Counted from the first letter of the stretch, positions 1 to 13,042 are shown. The stretch: DNA of 64,000 bases from Octopus vulgaris (GCA_951406725.2 OX597837.1:40300001-40364000), one strand, 5' to 3'. Notes: generated by a model from the sequence alone, not told the origin. A program made the numbers and translations.

Positions 1-76
1 CACACAGAGTTGCGCTCGGTAGTGAAGTGAACGCGCGTTAAAAAAATAAAACTACTGAATAATAATAGTAATAATG

Positions 77-125
<49 letters not shown>
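1..125 (+). mobile_element. 3' end of an (AAT)n-tailed retroelement (family X)
   Basis: cacacagagttgcgctcggtagtgaagtgaa...aaaactactg followed by (AAT)n; the same sequence is on the minus strand at 24361-24426 and partly at 25292-25324. Confidence 0.65.
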
Positions 126-128
<3 letters not shown>

Positions 129-464
129 CATCAACATCGAAAAATACCTTAGGAATGAGAACCCAGTTTCGAAATTTTCCCAAGACACTTGATGAGGACA
201 AATATCCGTCAAATGTAAATAATGTACATAATTCTGCATCTTTTAAATATAGAACTATTTTTATCTTCTCAACTGTGTAATACAAAACTTAGTTTCACTT
301 CAATCTGCAGCTATTTTGAAAACATGCAAATTTGAATCCTAAAGTAAATAATCAATCAACTAGCTTCCACTCATTAAAATTATTGGCTTTGCGCCAAAAT
401 CAGATGCCATTATTATTATTATTAACGTCACTATACATGTTATTTTGGTATTATTATCAGGACT

Positions 465-610
465 GTAGTTCAAATTCCACCGAGGTCGACTCAGCCCTTA
501 TCTTTTCGAAGCCGATAAACTAAATACCAGTTGAGCACTGGGATAATGTAATCGAGTCACCCATACCAGTTTGACTTAGCCTTTCGTCCTTTCCAAGTCG
601 ATAAAGTACC
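465..610 (+). mobile_element. Degenerate Meta-type SINE fragments
   Basis: gttcaaattccaccgaggtcgac B-box region and gcctttcgtcctttccaagtcgataaagtacc core resemble the full copy at 35429. Confidence 0.65.
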
Positions 611-611
611 C

Positions 612-884
612 TTTGATGTTCACCTCTTCCCAGCCATGAAGTTGTTTTTGAAAGGAAAGCGTTTCCCAGATGATGCAGCCTTGATTTTTGAATTCACGTC
701 GTGGTTGAAGGACCAAGCTGGGGTCTTCTACAAAAACGGTCTCCAGAGCTGCATCAAACGATGGGAGAAATGCGTAACTCTGGGTGGTTCCTATGTAGAA
801 AAAGTCTAATAACTGTGCCAAGTTTCGTTGCTCTACTGCTATGGGAAGTGGGTCAGGGGCATTACTTATTGAACGCCCCTCGTA
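612..884 (+). pseudogene. Mariner transposase C-terminal relic with right TIR
   Basis: 612-809 translates FDVHLFPAMKLFLKGKRFPDDAALIFEFTSWLKDQAGVFYKNGLQSCIKRWEKCVTLGGSYVEKV*; the TIR reads TACGAGGGGCGTTCAATAAGTAATGC on minus and ends in TA at 883-884. Confidence 0.9.
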
Positions 885-1005
885 AGAACCTATCAGATAT
901 CGATCGCTGTAAACGACTAGCCCCCTCCCCATAACATTTCAAGCTTATGAGTTCTGTGAGAATGTTACAGATAGTAACACGCCGAGCGGTATTTAATTTC
1001 ATGTG

Positions 1006-1695
1006 AACGAAGGCAATATCAGGTTAAGAACATCTACTAACATATATTTAAGTATTTGGACTCACGCGGACCGGTTTCTGCATTGATAAAATAAAACCTT
1101 AGCTTCTTCAGCACTGCCTTCATTTGATTTCTGTAGTTTTCATCAGTGTATTTTTGGACGATTTAATAAGAGCTTTGACTGTTAGTTCTAGCAGGTAGAC
1201 ATACATAGTATGTCCTTTGATTAATTTTAATCCCTCGGCTATTTAATGATATTTTTTGGCCTGCTATCGCCTGTGTCATTGATTCTGTTATTATCATTTT
1301 TTTTAAATAGTTACATTGGATAATAATAGAATTAATAACACCTTCGTAAATTAAATTTTGGTGAATTATTTTTTTCGTAAATTGTATCGAGATTATTTGA
1401 CACTGGTGGCTTCTGGGATTTCGGCGCGAAACAAATCAATTGCAGCACACACTTCGAAGTGATGGGTTGGGAGTCTCTATTCGTGGTAACGCGTGCTGAA
1501 GACGCTAAGGCTTAATTTTACCAATGCAGAAACCAAATACTTAAGTCCAAATACTTAAGTGTATGTTAGTAGATGTTCTTAAACTTATTTTGCCTTCGTT
1601 TGATTTCTGTAGTTGTCATCAGTGTATTTTTTAGCGATTTAATGAGTTTTGAGTGTTATTTCTAGCAGGTAAACATTTGATTAATTTTAATCCCT

Positions 1696-1700
<5 letters not shown>
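1006..1700 (+). mobile_element. Penelope-like pLTR-type partial tandem repeat (~475-bp period) with inverted 5' segment
   Basis: 1115-1240 is repeated at ~1591-1698; 1006-1114 is the reverse complement of ~1493-1600; the unit contains a hammerhead and ends at (TA)n; related fragment at ~35733-35870. Confidence 0.7.
1063..1114 (-). ncRNA. Type I hammerhead ribozyme motif
   Basis: Minus: GTG CTGAAGA AGC...GCA GAAA CCGG TC CGCGTG; in the intact unit stem I is CGCGTG/CGCGTG (5' arm seen at 1490-1495); palindromic stem III ACCGGT. Confidence 0.7.
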
Positions 1701-1733
<33 letters not shown>

Positions 1734-1805
1734 TTTCTGGGGAGCAAGTAAAGGACCAGTGTAAAAGAATTGCCCGAAAACCATTAAGTACTTACTGCGG
1801 AGAGA

Positions 1806-1945
1806 CTTCACGTTGCTCCAGTCCACTCAGCTGGCAAAAATGAGTAACGCTGCGATGGACTGGCGTCTCGTCCAGCTGGGGAACACATACGCCATTGAAA
1901 CCGGGAAACCGGGCCCATGAGCCTGGCTAGGCTTTAAAAGGGCAC
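1806..1945 (+). mobile_element. 5'-truncated CORE/V-type SINE
   Basis: Matches the 3' half of the 5438-5687 copy. Confidence 0.85.
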
Positions 1946-2689
1946 AATTATTTATATTATATTATATTGTATTATTTAAAATAAGTATCATTTAAGCACT
2001 GGGGTCGATGTAATCGACTTACCTGCACCTCCGAACATGCTGGCCGTGTGTCACTATTTGAAATATATAGGATTATGAAAGTCATCGCTTGAGACGTGAA
2101 AGCATATGCAAGATGTTTGCACAGGAGTTAAACGGAGAGCAACAGCATAATGTTCCGAAGCGTAGGAAGCTTCTCTATGAAGTTTAACAAAAGATACGGT
2201 CAATTATGGATGATTATTAGTGGAACAGACGATGAAAATCGTATTTCTTTTGCCTTTGAAGTATGCAGTAATATGGCCGAAACATGTAATGTTTTATATG
2301 GTTTCGTGAACATGAAATAAAATCGAAGCGAGATAGAAGACCATGAGTAGATTCATATTATGACAATTTCAACCGGGGCAGTTAAATATGTACATATGGG
2401 TTTATGTATCGAATGAAATTATAGTAAAGCTATAAATTTGCTTCGTGTGTTTCGATCTATGGAAGACGTATTACACATAATACCATAACGAATAGATAAA
2501 ATTATGTGTGCATATATAAATACGTATGTATCTGTCTGTATATGGGAGTATACATATATGATCTTTATATACATATGTGCGTGTGTATGTTAATGTGTAT
2601 GTGTGTTGTGTGTGTGTTTCCGTGCGTTTGAGTATGTGAGTGAGTGTATATACATATCTATACATATCTATGTGTGCGTGTATAAATGT

Positions 2690-2893
2690 ATATATATGCG
2701 TGTGTTTATATATATGAATGTGTGTGTATAGATATAGGCATATATATGTATATAGATCTCTGTGTGTGTGTGTGTGTATGTATATATGTATGTATGTAGG
2801 TATATATATATATATATATACAGTATATATATATATATATGTGTGTGTGTGTATGTATATATGTATATATGTATGCATGTATATATATATATA

Positions 2894-2980
<87 letters not shown>

Positions 2981-3122
2981 GTTTATCAATCAGTCAATTT
3001 ACCAATATATCTATCTCTGTATACGTGTGTATATATGTGTGTTTAATGATGCTGGTATGTATATATATATATCTCTCTTTTCTCTCTCCCACTATCTCTC
3101 TTTTCTCTCTCCCACTATCTCT

Positions 3123-3181
<59 letters not shown>

Positions 3182-3186
3182 CATAC
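2690..3186. repeat. (TA)n/(TG)n/(CT)n microsatellite complex
   Basis: Direct inspection; dozens of similar tracts occur throughout the window. Confidence 0.95.
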
Positions 3187-3618
3187 ATAGCGCTTATGGA
3201 TCTCCATCGTTCGACGACGAGAATTCAGTGTGGTTTCACGAGCTGAATTACCTGCTCCTCAATTAACCTGTACGTAGCTTGCCATTTTACAGGTGCCTTC
3301 AGAATTTACTCACCTCTCAGCGAGAATGAAGCGCACATCGCAAGTTAAAAGGTTGTAACTTAATGAATTACATATGGAATCCACTCACCGGGCTTCTGTA
3401 CAATTTCCTTCCACCAAATTTCTTTCACATGGTAGGAGTCAGCACAGAGGCTATAGAATAACTATGGTCCGAAGTTCTCGATCGATCCGCCATACTACAT
3501 GTATATGTTTATATACATATATAAAACACATATATATTTATAAAAAAGTATCTATCTGTCTGTTTTTCTGTCTGTCTGTCTATCAATCGATCCTTCTGTA
3601 ATAATATTTAAAATGATG

Positions 3619-3673
<55 letters not shown>

Positions 3674-3699
3674 TAATAAATATAATAATATATATATAT

Positions 3700-3760
3700 C
3701 GGTGCCCCAGCATGGCCACAGCTCATGAGCTGAAACTAGAATCAATCAATCAATCAATCA
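3700..3760 (+). mobile_element. ~45-bp mini-retroposon (LINE 3'-tail-like) with (ATCA)n tail
   Basis: cggtgccccagcatggccacagctcatgagctgaaactag; also at 30545-30605 (-) and 46312-46353 (-). Confidence 0.75.
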
Positions 3761-3795
3761 TCTATATACAGAGAGAGAGGGGGAGAGAGGAGGGA

Positions 3796-4050
<255 letters not shown>

Positions 4051-4323
4051 CAATATAAATATGTACACGTACCCAAATATACATCGATATACGTTATATA
4101 CTGCCAGTACTTGAGCGTTGCCCATTTCGCCTTCAACCCTTCCTCTCATGGATATTTCTTCTAGAATTATCCACACCACCAGGTACACCCACATGCACAT
4201 ATACACAAAGTTACCAGTGTATTTGTGTGTGTGTGTGTGTGTGTCTGTGTGTGTGTGTGCGTACTTATATATGTCTGTGCGAACGTGAGCACTTTTGTAT
4301 GTGATCGAGTGTGGTTGTATACA

Positions 4324-4716
4324 GTGGAGACGCAATGGCCCAGTGGTTAGGGCAGCGGACTCGCGGTCGTAGGATCGCAGTTTCGATTCCCAGACCGGGC
4401 GTTGTGAGTGTTTATTGAGCGAAAACACCTAAAGCTCCACGAGGCTCCGGCAGGGGATGGTGGTGATCCCTGCTGTACTCTTTCACCACAACTTTCTCTC
4501 ACTCTTACTTCCTGTTTCTGTTGTACCTGTATTTCAAGGGCTGGCCTTGTCACTCTCTGTGTCACGCTGAATATCCCCGAGAACTACGGTAAGGGTACAC
4601 GTGTCTGTGGAGTACTCAGCCACTTACACGCTAATTTCACGAGCAGGCTGTTCCGTTGATTCGGATCAACCGGAACCCTCGTCGTCGTAACCAACGGAGT
4701 GCTTCCTTCCTGCCCA
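4324..4716 (+). mobile_element. Full-length tRNA-derived SINE with 11-bp TSD
   Basis: A-box tggcccagtggttag and B-box gtttcgattccc; TSD ggttgtataca at 4313-4323 and 4717-4727. Confidence 0.92.
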
Positions 4717-5437
4717 GGTTGTATACAAACGACAGTACATACAATTTCATTGATTTATGATCAAAAGTATGAGTAACTTGAAATTAAATTCGATCAATTC
4801 CAGTTTTTCACTATTTCATACCTCCCCCTCTCACTCTCACTCTCACTCACCACCACCACCACTACCACCACTCCGTTTCATTTGCCATTTCTCAATCTCT
4901 CCTTTTATCACCTCCTCTCCCTCACACCACCAATGTCTCAACCAGAGCTAAAGACCTCTACACTTTCTCTCTACAGTTATTTCTAACTCTCTGCCTCTCT
5001 CGATTTCTTACTCTCCTTTCTATCACCTTCTTTTGTATATCATTCAATGAAACCTATTTGCCTCATAAATTCTCGTTGGACACTAAAAAAGAGCCGCAAT
5101 TTTTGAAAATGCGATAAAACGGACATATTTTATCGTTTTTCCACTTAAAATATTTATGACACGGTCCAACTCGAGAAACATCGTCGTCATAATTTAACGG
5201 TAGAAAATATGTCTTTCGTTTATTCATTCAGATTAATATATTCCATCAGATAATGACATTTTTTCTTTTACAATTATCATTTATTATGGTTTAATAGTGA
5301 AGATAAATTTTTAGAAAGCACAATTGAAAAGTTAAAGAGTTTTTTCGTAAATATAGCAGATAAATAGTGGCTCTCCACATTGTCTGAGTTTTGACAAATA
5401 TGAGCATATACATATTCATATATGTATGTATGAATGT

Positions 5438-5687
5438 GTGGAGGCGCGTGGCTTAGTGGTTAGGGTGTCAGCACCATGATCGTAAGATTGTGGTTTCGAT
5501 TCCTGGACCGGACGACGCGTTGCGTTCTTGAACAAAACACTTCATTTCACGTTGCTCCAGTCCACTCAGCTGGCAAAAATGAGTAACGCTGCGATGGACT
5601 GGCGTCCCGTCCAGCTGGGGTCACATACTACATAGAAACCGGGAAGCCGGGCCCATGAGCTTGGCTAGGCTTTAAAAAAAAAGGGCG
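5438..5687 (+). mobile_element. tRNA-derived SINE with CORE-like and V-like domains
   Basis: A/B boxes; cagtccactcagctggcaaaaatgagta; gcgatggactggcgtcccgtccag; domain names are by resemblance only. Confidence 0.88.
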
Positions 5688-5735
5688 AAAAAATGTATGT
5701 TTGTACCTTTCTATCGATACACACACACACTCACT

Positions 5736-5800
<65 letters not shown>

Positions 5801-5835
5801 GTGCAAATATAAGCATGTATATATATATATATACA

Positions 5836-5872
<37 letters not shown>

Positions 5873-5936
5873 ATATAAAGATATATAAGCATAACTATAT
5901 ATATATATATATATAAAGATATAAAGATATATAAAC

Positions 5937-5974
<38 letters not shown>

Positions 5975-6026
5975 TTGTACACACCACACAGAGAGACACA
6001 TTTGCAAGTACAAAACGATATATATA

Positions 6027-6140
<114 letters not shown>

Positions 6141-6592
6141 AATAAATGGAGTTGAACGCAGATGTTATTCAAAGTCTTTTACTTTCGACATGTTTCGAAG
6201 ACAGCATTAGAGCGATTTTACAAATGTAAGCACTGGCAAAAACATACTTTTAACTCATATAAGTGATTTATATCAGTTGGTACAGTTTGGATATTTAGTT
6301 CACATTGCACTTTACTTTAATAGAGAAATCTACTTCCAAGCCTGTGAACATATTTTCAACCATCATATCCCTCTATACTTCTCCTTTATTTGTTCTCTAC
6401 TTATCTCTTTACCCCTTGTTTTTCTATGGTCTACCTTTGACGTCAGATCTACTAACGGTTAATTTTTAAAATATTTAATAGCGTTCTGTTTATCATTTAT
6501 ACAGTCACCAAAATTGTTATAAGGTCTTGTTGTTGAGATGGGTTCTCTTTCTTTCCTGATAGGAATATTACATTATTTGGCACATTGGCACA

Positions 6593-6717
<125 letters not shown>

Positions 6718-6720
6718 CAT

Positions 6721-6915
6721 AAAGTTAATCCAAACAAGAAAACGAAAACAAAAGAACAACAACGCAAGGACGTGGAACAAATAAAGTATTATTGGACACT
6801 CAGGAAAGAAGGGAAGAAGGAGGGTTTGACGTTTCGAGCGGAGCTCTTCGTCGAAAAACATAGGAGAAGGAAAGATCCCGAGAAGAGAAGACAGGGGAAA
6901 AAAATCGCTAGTGAT
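6721..6915 (-). mobile_element. ~200-bp hammerhead-bearing microsatellite-embedded element (family H1)
   Basis: Highly similar to 54166-54357; hammerhead motif at 6824-6859: GTTTT TCGACGA AGAGC TCC GCTC GAAA CG TC AAAC. Confidence 0.8.
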
Positions 6916-6926
6916 ACAGACGAGGT

Positions 6927-6966
<40 letters not shown>

Positions 6967-6974
6967 CTGCGAGT

Positions 6975-7108
6975 TGCTTCCAGTTTTCCGTCTACCAAAT
7001 CCACTCACAAAGATTATTTGGTCGGCCCGAGGTGCCACACAGTGGGACTGAACCCGGAACCATGTGGTTGGGAAACAAGCTTCTTACCACACAGCCACTC
7101 CTGCGCCT
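6975..7108 (-). mobile_element. Head of abundant tRNA-derived SINE (family S3)
   Basis: Minus: aggcgcaggagtggctgtgtggtaag...ggttccgggttcagtcccactg. Confidence 0.85.
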
Positions 7109-7663
7109 ATATTTTAATAAATCTTAAAATTCAATTCCCAATTATATTTAATGATATAAATACAGCACGATTCTTTAGATCTTTTAAAATATCGAACGGC
7201 TAGGAGGGTCCATGAAAAAATAAGATACAAATCAAATGGACCCATAGACAAAAAATGCTTGAAAAAACATTGCTACGAAAAACTCCGTTCCTGATCATTG
7301 TGGTAGATTAGTGGCCCTTTAAATTAGGCCGAACATTGTCCTTCACAGCTAACTTATATCATACACTTCTCATACCTAATAACATTTATATTACGATAGA
7401 AGAAGTCGTAAAACAGCTAATAGTGAATTATGGCAAAGCCGGGAATTACTTTAAAAGAGATTTAACGAACTATCGTTTTCCTGTATTATGTCTGCAATAA
7501 TATGTTTCCACTCATAAAGTTTTCTTTTTTTACGGCTGTTTCTGCCTCCATAAATTGTTTTACTACAAAGACGTAATTACCAACATCTCTTTCCCTCTCT
7601 TTCTCCCCCTATCTCTCTCTTTTTATACTTGTATATATGTGTCTCTCTGTGTGGTGCGTACAA

Positions 7664-7714
<51 letters not shown>

Positions 7715-7818
7715 ATATATTTATAGATATATATATCTTTATATATATATTTATAGATATATATATATCTTTATATATATATATATACATGATGTAAGGT
7801 TATACTTGCACGTATATT

Positions 7819-7883
<65 letters not shown>

Positions 7884-8044
7884 TCGTGTGCATATACATA
7901 TATAGAGAAACAGACGCACATATTGTCAAAAAGGGACTACGTGTGTCGAAACCGCTATAACCATTACTAAGACAATTGACGAGAGGTTGTTTTCTGTTTC
8001 TCTTCTCCGTGCGTAGTATTTTTTATCATTTGTCTCTATACACA

Positions 8045-8084
<40 letters not shown>

Positions 8085-8499
8085 TACACACACACACAAC
8101 ACACTCACACACATACACACGCACGCACGCACACATTTACTATTTAACCTCGGCCAGTTTAATCTAATTTAACCATAAAGGAATTCTGTTCTTCTTTGCA
8201 TATATGTCTTCGTATCTCGTGTGCTGGAGGTAATATAGGTCAACTGCTGTGCCAATGACGCCTGATGAGGTAGAAACATGTATCAAGAGCTCTCTTTTTG
8301 TATCACGAAATAAGGATGTCATTTTCTTAGTGGTTTCTCAAGGTTAGTTAAATTGAAATTTTGGAAATTATCTCCGCTTCTTATTTCGATTCGGACCAAA
8401 TTATCCCAAGGGAATTTATTTTACCACCTCCGGAAGTAGAAATAATTTCTATAAGACAAGAATTTATCTTCTACGTTATTTAATATACCTTTATTCGTA

Positions 8500-8744
8500 T
8501 TGCGCCCTTTTAAAGCCTAGCCAGGCTCATGGGTCCGGTTTCCCGATTTGTATGGCGTATGTGTTCCCCAGTCCATCTGCCAGTCCATCGCAGCGTTACT
8601 CATTTTTGCCTGCTGAGTGCACTGAAGCAACATGAAATGAAGTGTTTTGCTCAAAAACACAACGCGTTGCCCGGTCTAGGAATCGAAACCACAATCTTAC
8701 GATCATGATGCTGACACCCTAACCACTAAGCCACGCTCCTCCAC
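8500..8744 (-). mobile_element. CORE/V-type SINE, near full length
   Basis: Reverse complement of the 5438-5687 family. Confidence 0.88.
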
Positions 8745-8929
8745 TGTTCAAAGGCTACTCATAGATATGTGTGTGTGTGTGTGAGTCTGTATGTGCATGC
8801 GTGCGTACTTGTATGTTTGGAGAGAGAACGGGAGAGCTTGATAATTACAAATGTGCGAAACTCCATGCCCTTGAGTCACTCTATAAATTTTTCCGGTTAA
8901 TTGTACAATACAATATGGAACAGTCAACC

Positions 8930-9130
8930 GGAAGAAACGTTAGCACGGAGGAACAAAAATGCTCTGCGGTATTGCGTCCCTCTTAACCTTCTGAATTCAA
9001 ATTCCACGGAGGTCGATTTGTGTATCATCATGTTGGATCGATAAAAATAAGCACCATTTGAGTACTGAGATCGATCTAATCGACGTAGCCTCTTCACCAA
9101 ATTATATGGCCTTGTGCCAAAACTCGAAAC
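8930..9130 (+). mobile_element. Degenerate Meta-type SINE
   Basis: agaaacgttagcacgg...ttcaaattccacggaggtcga...ggccttgtgccaaaa. Confidence 0.65.
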
Positions 9131-9220
9131 CAATAATACAATGCAATATATACCTTCATACAAGCATATACACAATTGCATACACATCTATGTCTGTCTG
9201 TCTATCTATGTATCTATCTG

Positions 9221-9353
<133 letters not shown>

Positions 9354-9398
9354 TCTAAATTGTTTTGCTACCCTAAGATTTATTAACACACACACACA

Positions 9399-9493
<95 letters not shown>

Positions 9494-9650
9494 TACATTT
9501 AAACACATAAGAGATGGCCATAACATGTGTTTAAATGTACACTGTATTCTTCTTTGAATAATTTATAGTCTATTGACTAATTTTTTCTTCTCGCTAGACC
9601 ACTAGTAGCAAAGAATTTTTCTAAATTGTTTTGCTACCCTAAGATTTATT

Positions 9651-9747
<97 letters not shown>

Positions 9748-9901
9748 CGAGTAATTCATTTTAGTACCTCTAAATTGAATTTCTCTCCCATGTGGACTCG
9801 GAAATAATTTCCCTAAAATTAATAATTATATATATATATATATATATATATGCATATACATATAAATGAATATGTTTATGTACGTATATGTGCTTGTGTT
9901 A

Positions 9902-9932
<31 letters not shown>

Positions 9933-10412
9933 TGTATATATGTATATACGCACACAGAAATGTTAACAACACTATTTATCAATTTCTTTACTGTATATAC
10001 ACCCACCAGTACGATTTCCCCTTTACTTTTTCTACTAACCTGAACATTATAGAAACCGTACGACGAGAATTACTATCAATTAACACGCCACACATTTCAA
10101 TACCTCTAGCTTTCTCAAAGGCAATATTTCAAATACTGTAGAGAAATCATTGACCCGACGACGAATAATTTGGTCTCTTTTGAGGTATTTATGGCGCATT
10201 AGAGAAAGTCAGTTGGTGACTTTATAGTTTAACGATTATACAGTTTGAAAAAAAAAAAAGAAAAGTGTTGTACGAAGAAAAAAGCCAGCAAGTTCTTTCA
10301 AACAGCTAATTATGAAAAAAAATTCTGATTTAAAGTTGCAAAAGGTAGTTTTTTTTTCACACTGGGAATCCGAAGTAGTTATATGATCGTGTACTATCTT
10401 GGAGGCTCATTG

Positions 10413-10815
10413 CTCTTTACTCTTTTACTCTTTTAGTTGTTTCAGTCATTTGATTGCGGCCATGCTGGAGCACCGCCTTTAGTCGAGCAAATCGACCCCG
10501 GGACTTATTCTTTGTAAGCCCAGTACTTATTCCATCGATCTCTTTTGCCGAACTGTTAAGTGACGGGGACGTAAACACACCAGCATCGGTTGTCAAGCAA
10601 TGCTAGGGGGTCAAACACAGACACAGAAACACATACACACACCCATATATATATATACATATATACGACAGGCTTCTTTCAGTTTCCGCCTGCCAAATCC
10701 ACTCACAAGGCATTGGTCGGCCCAAGGCTATAGCAGAAGACACTTGCCCAAGGTGCCACGCAATGGGACTGAACCCGGAACCATGTGGTTGGTTAGCAAG
10801 CTACACAGCCACTAT
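10413..10815 (-). mobile_element. SINE family S3 with internal (TA)/(TG) tract and (GTAAAAGA)n tail
   Basis: Aligns to 54891-55311. Confidence 0.9.
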
Positions 10816-10837
10816 TGCACCAATAATAAATACATTT

Positions 10838-11051
10838 GTACTGAAAAGTCCTGGATTTAGGGTATAGGTAAAGGCCTGGTTGGGGGCTCAACCTTCCGAG
10901 TTCTTTTACAGGGCTAAAAGAAACAAACTAAAGGACCATTGAAATAAGTGTGTGAATCTGAGAGGAGAATATGTTGAATAAAATCATAATTAACTGATTC
11001 TCCTGTATTTCCTTTTACCCAAATCCCGGATGTTTTCAGCACCCCCTCTTA
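10838..11051 (+). mobile_element. Mariner-derived MITE / deletion derivative
   Basis: Imperfect inverted termini gtactgaaaagtcctggatttagggta / tacccaaatcccggatgttttcagcac; retains the transposase end NKCVNLRGEYVE*. Confidence 0.75.
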
Positions 11052-11070
11052 CATGTAACTACTGCAACAT

Positions 11071-11525
11071 TCACTGGAGGTGAATTGAGTCGGCTCCGAC
11101 CAACGAGTCATGTTCGGAGTTTCGGTTCCTGGTCACATGATATACACTTTTGGATAGTGTTGTCCGTAGCAGCTCATCTTGCCGTCGATTATCAACCGTC
11201 GCACAGGATTCATTGATCAAATCACTGCCGGTCATCGGAGCAGACATAGCCCGAGTTTGAATCGGGGTTTTGGACACATGCTTTGACAAAACCTTACGGG
11301 TGCCTCACTCCCGATGGTCTACCAGCACACTGGACACCAACCCGGAATTTCTGAGGCCTCGTGGTATTGCTAGACAGTCGTTGGACCTACACTAGGGTCA
11401 ACTGTCCTTTTGACAGGTCTTGTTTTTAGTAGTCCTGCCGGGTTTCTAGCAACCCTCCTTACCAGGAAAAGCTAGGAGGGCGCCGGTTCAGTCGCCGACT
11501 ACACGACCAAGTAGCAGATTATACA
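11071..11525 (-). mobile_element. GC-rich structured segment resembling the 5' region of an RTE-clade LINE
   Basis: Non-microsatellite and CpG-rich, with hairpins and a pseudoknot at its 5' end; the RTE assignment is by recollected resemblance only. Confidence 0.45.
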
Positions 11526-12130
11526 AGATTTCATGGAAACAGCAGCGCTCATAATCTCATATGTAACCTGACTCTAATAAACACACGCACTGGTTCCATT
11601 CCATTTCTTTATTATTAGTCAATTGGTTAATTATTTAACCAACCATCTAATCGATCGTTTCCTTTATCAGTCACTCAAACAATTAGTTAGTTGCATGTCA
11701 ATGTCCTTGCGTCTCTAGATTTGAAGCAGAGCTGGAGGTGAGACGGAATATCATTGATAAGGTCGCGGATGACGACGGAAGGACAACCGATTCACATAGC
11801 AAGAGATTGATTATTCACTTGGTTAAATAACTAACCAACTGATAGTAATAACGAAGTAAAATAGAACCAGTGCGTGTGGCCATTAATGCTGTACTGATCA
11901 TCGTAGTTTACAACAAAATTTGTTTCAGCGCACGAATTTCTATTAAGAATCTGGCAAATCAACAAGAAAAAGCTTACTCTAGATTAAACAGAATCTTTAA
12001 AACTCAATTTAGCCTGTGAGATAGCAATCCTTGAATGGTAGGCTAAATATTAGAAAAGCTGTCTACTTGTTGCAAATAAGAAAATACACGTAGACACATA
12101 ACGTTACGGTTAGCATTGAACAATTAATTA

Positions 12131-12701
12131 TATTGGGTTGTCCCGAAAGTTCGTGCCGATCTATAGTAGCTTACCTTTCGACTTATTTTAGAACATGGTT
12201 GAGTTCATAAAATAGGATTTGACTACACCTCCATTTAGAGCACAGTTTAAGCTATCTTTTCGTGGAAGAAGGTTTATATTCCTATAACCTGTGTTAATTC
12301 TGTGACCCTTTAAGTATGGAAAATAAGAAAGTTCATTTTCGGTACTTGATGCTTTGGGAACCAGACAAAAATTGCTGCAGCTCGGCTGGGATGTGTTACC
12401 CGAGCCTCCATATTCACCAGATATTGATCCTTCGGATTTCCACTTATTCAGGTATCTGCAGAATAATCTTAATGGTAAAAATTTCAATTCCTTGGATGAC
12501 GTAAAAAGAGACCTTGATGAATTCTTTGCCATGAATCCACCTCAATTCTGGGAAGAGGATATTTTCAAGTTAAAGGAAAGATGGAGACGCATTGTGCAAC
12601 AAGATGGTTCATACTTGGTTGATTAAAAATGTAATGGCAAGTATTTATTGACCTTTTTCTTTCCTTTAAAAATCGGCACGAACTTTCCGGACAGCCCAGT
12701 A
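12131..12701 (+). mobile_element. Internally deleted mariner with both TIRs and TA TSD
   Basis: 28-bp TIRs TTGGGTTGTCCCGAAAGTTCGTGCCGAT (12133-12160) and 12672-12699; flanking TA; the N-terminus MENKKVHFRYLML is fused out of frame to the C-terminus. Confidence 0.95.
12316..12626 (+). pseudogene. Mariner transposase remnant (Hsmar1/cecropia-like)
   Basis: LGWDVLPEPPYSPDIDPSDFHLFRYLQNNL...WRRIVQQDGSY: YSPDL-like motif and third catalytic Asp; the HTH and first two Asp are deleted. Confidence 0.9.
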
Positions 12702-12986
12702 TATAATGAAGTGAATCTGAACCAGTGCGTGTGAAATAGCAAGTCCTTGATGGTAGACTAAATATCATAAAAGCTCTCCACTTGTTGCGGATAATAAAAT
12801 ACTTGTAGAAACACAATGTTATGGTTAGGACTGAACTATGGAAATGTCTAATATACCGATACGCTTCTGACTCAATCGTCACGATTGGTAATCGATAGAC
12901 GATAGTTTAATATGCGGTATTAGCGTGTTATTGTTTTTTTCACCTATGTAACATATTCAAATATCGATTTTTAAGCATGCCTACAA

Positions 12987-13001
12987 AACTACTACTACTA
13001 G

Positions 13002-13042
<41 letters not shown>

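Noticed and set aside
185-215. TTGATGA GGA...TCC hammerhead-like start
   Set aside because: GAAA and stem III are missing
6180-6215. GAAACATGTC half-motif on minus (similar at 47815 and 2275)
   Set aside because: No CUGANGA partner found
8255-8290. Hammerhead-like CTGATGAGGTAGAAACATGTA
   Set aside because: Stem I does not pair and stem II is absent; at most a relic
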